Made by a program: the position numbers and the translations under genes. 64,000 nt of DNA from Thermodesulfovibrionales bacterium (GTDB taxonomy: Bacteria; Nitrospirota; Thermodesulfovibrionia; Thermodesulfovibrionales; SM23-35): positions 320,001 to 384,000 of the forward strand of contig CAVQRT010000007.1 of the NCBI GenBank assembly GCA_963715195.1. The letters are read 5' to 3'. Positions 63,089-64,000 of the stretch are shown here, piece after piece. The notes below the pieces were generated by a model. That model saw only the letters and a list, made by a program, of their open reading frames with translations, had not been told where the DNA came from and did not search any database. How positions within the stretch are numbered: position 1 is the stretch's first letter; every line of letters begins with the position of its first letter.

Positions 63089-64000
63089 CTGATACGGTTT
63101 TATAATACCCTCGGAAAGAACCTTCAGACATTCCAGCCAGTGAGGAAACGCGTGGTGACCATATTCACCTGTGGTCCCTCCGTGTACCAAAAATCTCACA
63201 TCGGCAACTTTAGAACATTCCTGTTCGAAGACATTCTCTCGCGCTATCTTGCCTATGCCGGCTTTAAAGTCACGAGAGGCATGAATTTCACCGACATGGA
63301 AGATAAGGCAATCATCGAAGCGGCAAAGAAAAAGATTACGGTTCAACGCCTGACAGAGAACAATATAAAAGAGTTCCTCCGTACAATAAAACGCCTAAGG
63401 ATGCAATTTCCCGACTATCTGCCGAGGGCCTCTGAACATGTTGATGCTGCGGTCGCACTCATTCAAAAGCTGATCGAGCGGGGTATTGCTTATTGGCACA
63501 ACGGAAATGTGTACTATAATCCGTTAACATTTCCGGGATTCGGGAAACTCTATGGTCTCGATATGTCCCGTTGGCCGTTACAGAGAAAAAGATTCCACAA
63601 GGATACCTATCCCGGCCTGCAATGGAATAAAGGGGATTTCATTCTCTGGCACGGATACAAAAATGGCGACACCTGTTACCGGGATACAGAGATCGGCAGG
63701 GGCCGTCCATCATGGAACATTCAGGATCCGGCCATGGTCAGTCACTGCTTCCATGAGACCCTCTCGATCTATTGCGGAGGGATAGACAACCTCTATCGTC
63801 ACCATGACTACACAAAGGCAATCCTTGAATCAGTGAGACCCTACCCGATGGCAAAATTCTGGCTTCACTGCAATCATTTATATGTGAACGGAGAGAAGAT
63901 GTCGAAAAGCAAGGGCAATGTCATCCATGTTGATACGCTCATCAAGAGGGGTTTTAGCATGGATGAAATTCGGTTCTTTCTCATATACGGACATTACCGG
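63089..64000 (+). CDS. Cysteinyl-tRNA synthetase-like protein (divergent), 3'-truncated by the window edge; absent from the ORF track
   Basis: Own translation: LIRFYNTL, TCGPSVYQKSHIGNFR, NFTDMEDK, DFILW and KMSKSKGN; CTG start behind AGGAGGT. Confidence 0.85.
   Translation, partial: MIRFYNTLGKNLQTFQPVRKRVVTIFTCGPSVYQKSHIGNFRTFLFEDILSRYLAYAGFKVTRGMNFTDMEDKAIIEAAKKKITVQRLTENNIKEFLRTIKRLRMQFPDYLPRASEHVDAAVALIQKLIERGIAYWHNGNVYYNPLTFPGFGKLYGLDMSRWPLQRKRFHKDTYPGLQWNKGDFILWHGYKNGDTCYRDTEIGRGRPSWNIQDPAMVSHCFHETLSIYCGGIDNLYRHHDYTKAILESVRPYPMAKFWLHCNHLYVNGEKMSKSKGNVIHVDTLIKRGFSMDEIRFFLIYGHYR

Noticed and set aside
62972..63346. 124-aa minus-strand ORF
   Set aside because: Antisense to the cysS-like gene, which has clear synthetase motifs
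1..64000. Genome-wide reassignment of TGA as the explanation for the two in-frame TGA codons
   Set aside because: Many intact genes (pepA, nifS, nifU, rsgA, hflX, rnfC, rnfA, tyrS) end normally at TGA, and both internal TGAs sit at Cys/Sec-type positions

Overview
Bacterial chromosome segment using the standard code (TGA is the normal stop of many genes). Gene content and order suggest an anaerobic Nitrospirota or deltaproteobacterium-like organism (inference). Left (1-6.9 kb): pepA, a Zn-dependent PLC-like gene, nifU-nifS, an HAO-family octaheme cytochrome c and tRNA-Leu(TAA). Middle (about 6.9-31.5 kb): a patchwork accessory region after the tRNA, with several frameshifted or decayed genes, vapBC, a P-type ATPase, an FtsH, a GGDEF protein, an RNA-binding gene cluster and small palindromic elements; no integrase was seen. 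Right (31.5-64 kb): core genes including a two-component pair, uvrC, accA, dnaE, PBP1A, atpB/atpE, hflX, an ahbD-like-hemE-hemH cluster, rnfCDGEAB, tyrS and a cysS-like gene. Main results: (1) rnfB is interrupted by one in-frame TGA exactly at the first Cys ligand of its N-terminal Fe-S motif and is followed by a SECIS-like hairpin, predicting a selenocysteine-ligated Fe-S cluster in the Rnf complex. (2) A GrdB/PrdB-like gene has a UxxC motif and a hairpin with the same geometry (loop at +19 to +21). (3) The CysRS-like gene at the right edge has lost two canonical Zn ligands. (4) hflX and the cysS-like gene appear to use non-canonical start codons (ATA, CTG). All family calls come from motif recognition by eye; no searches were run.
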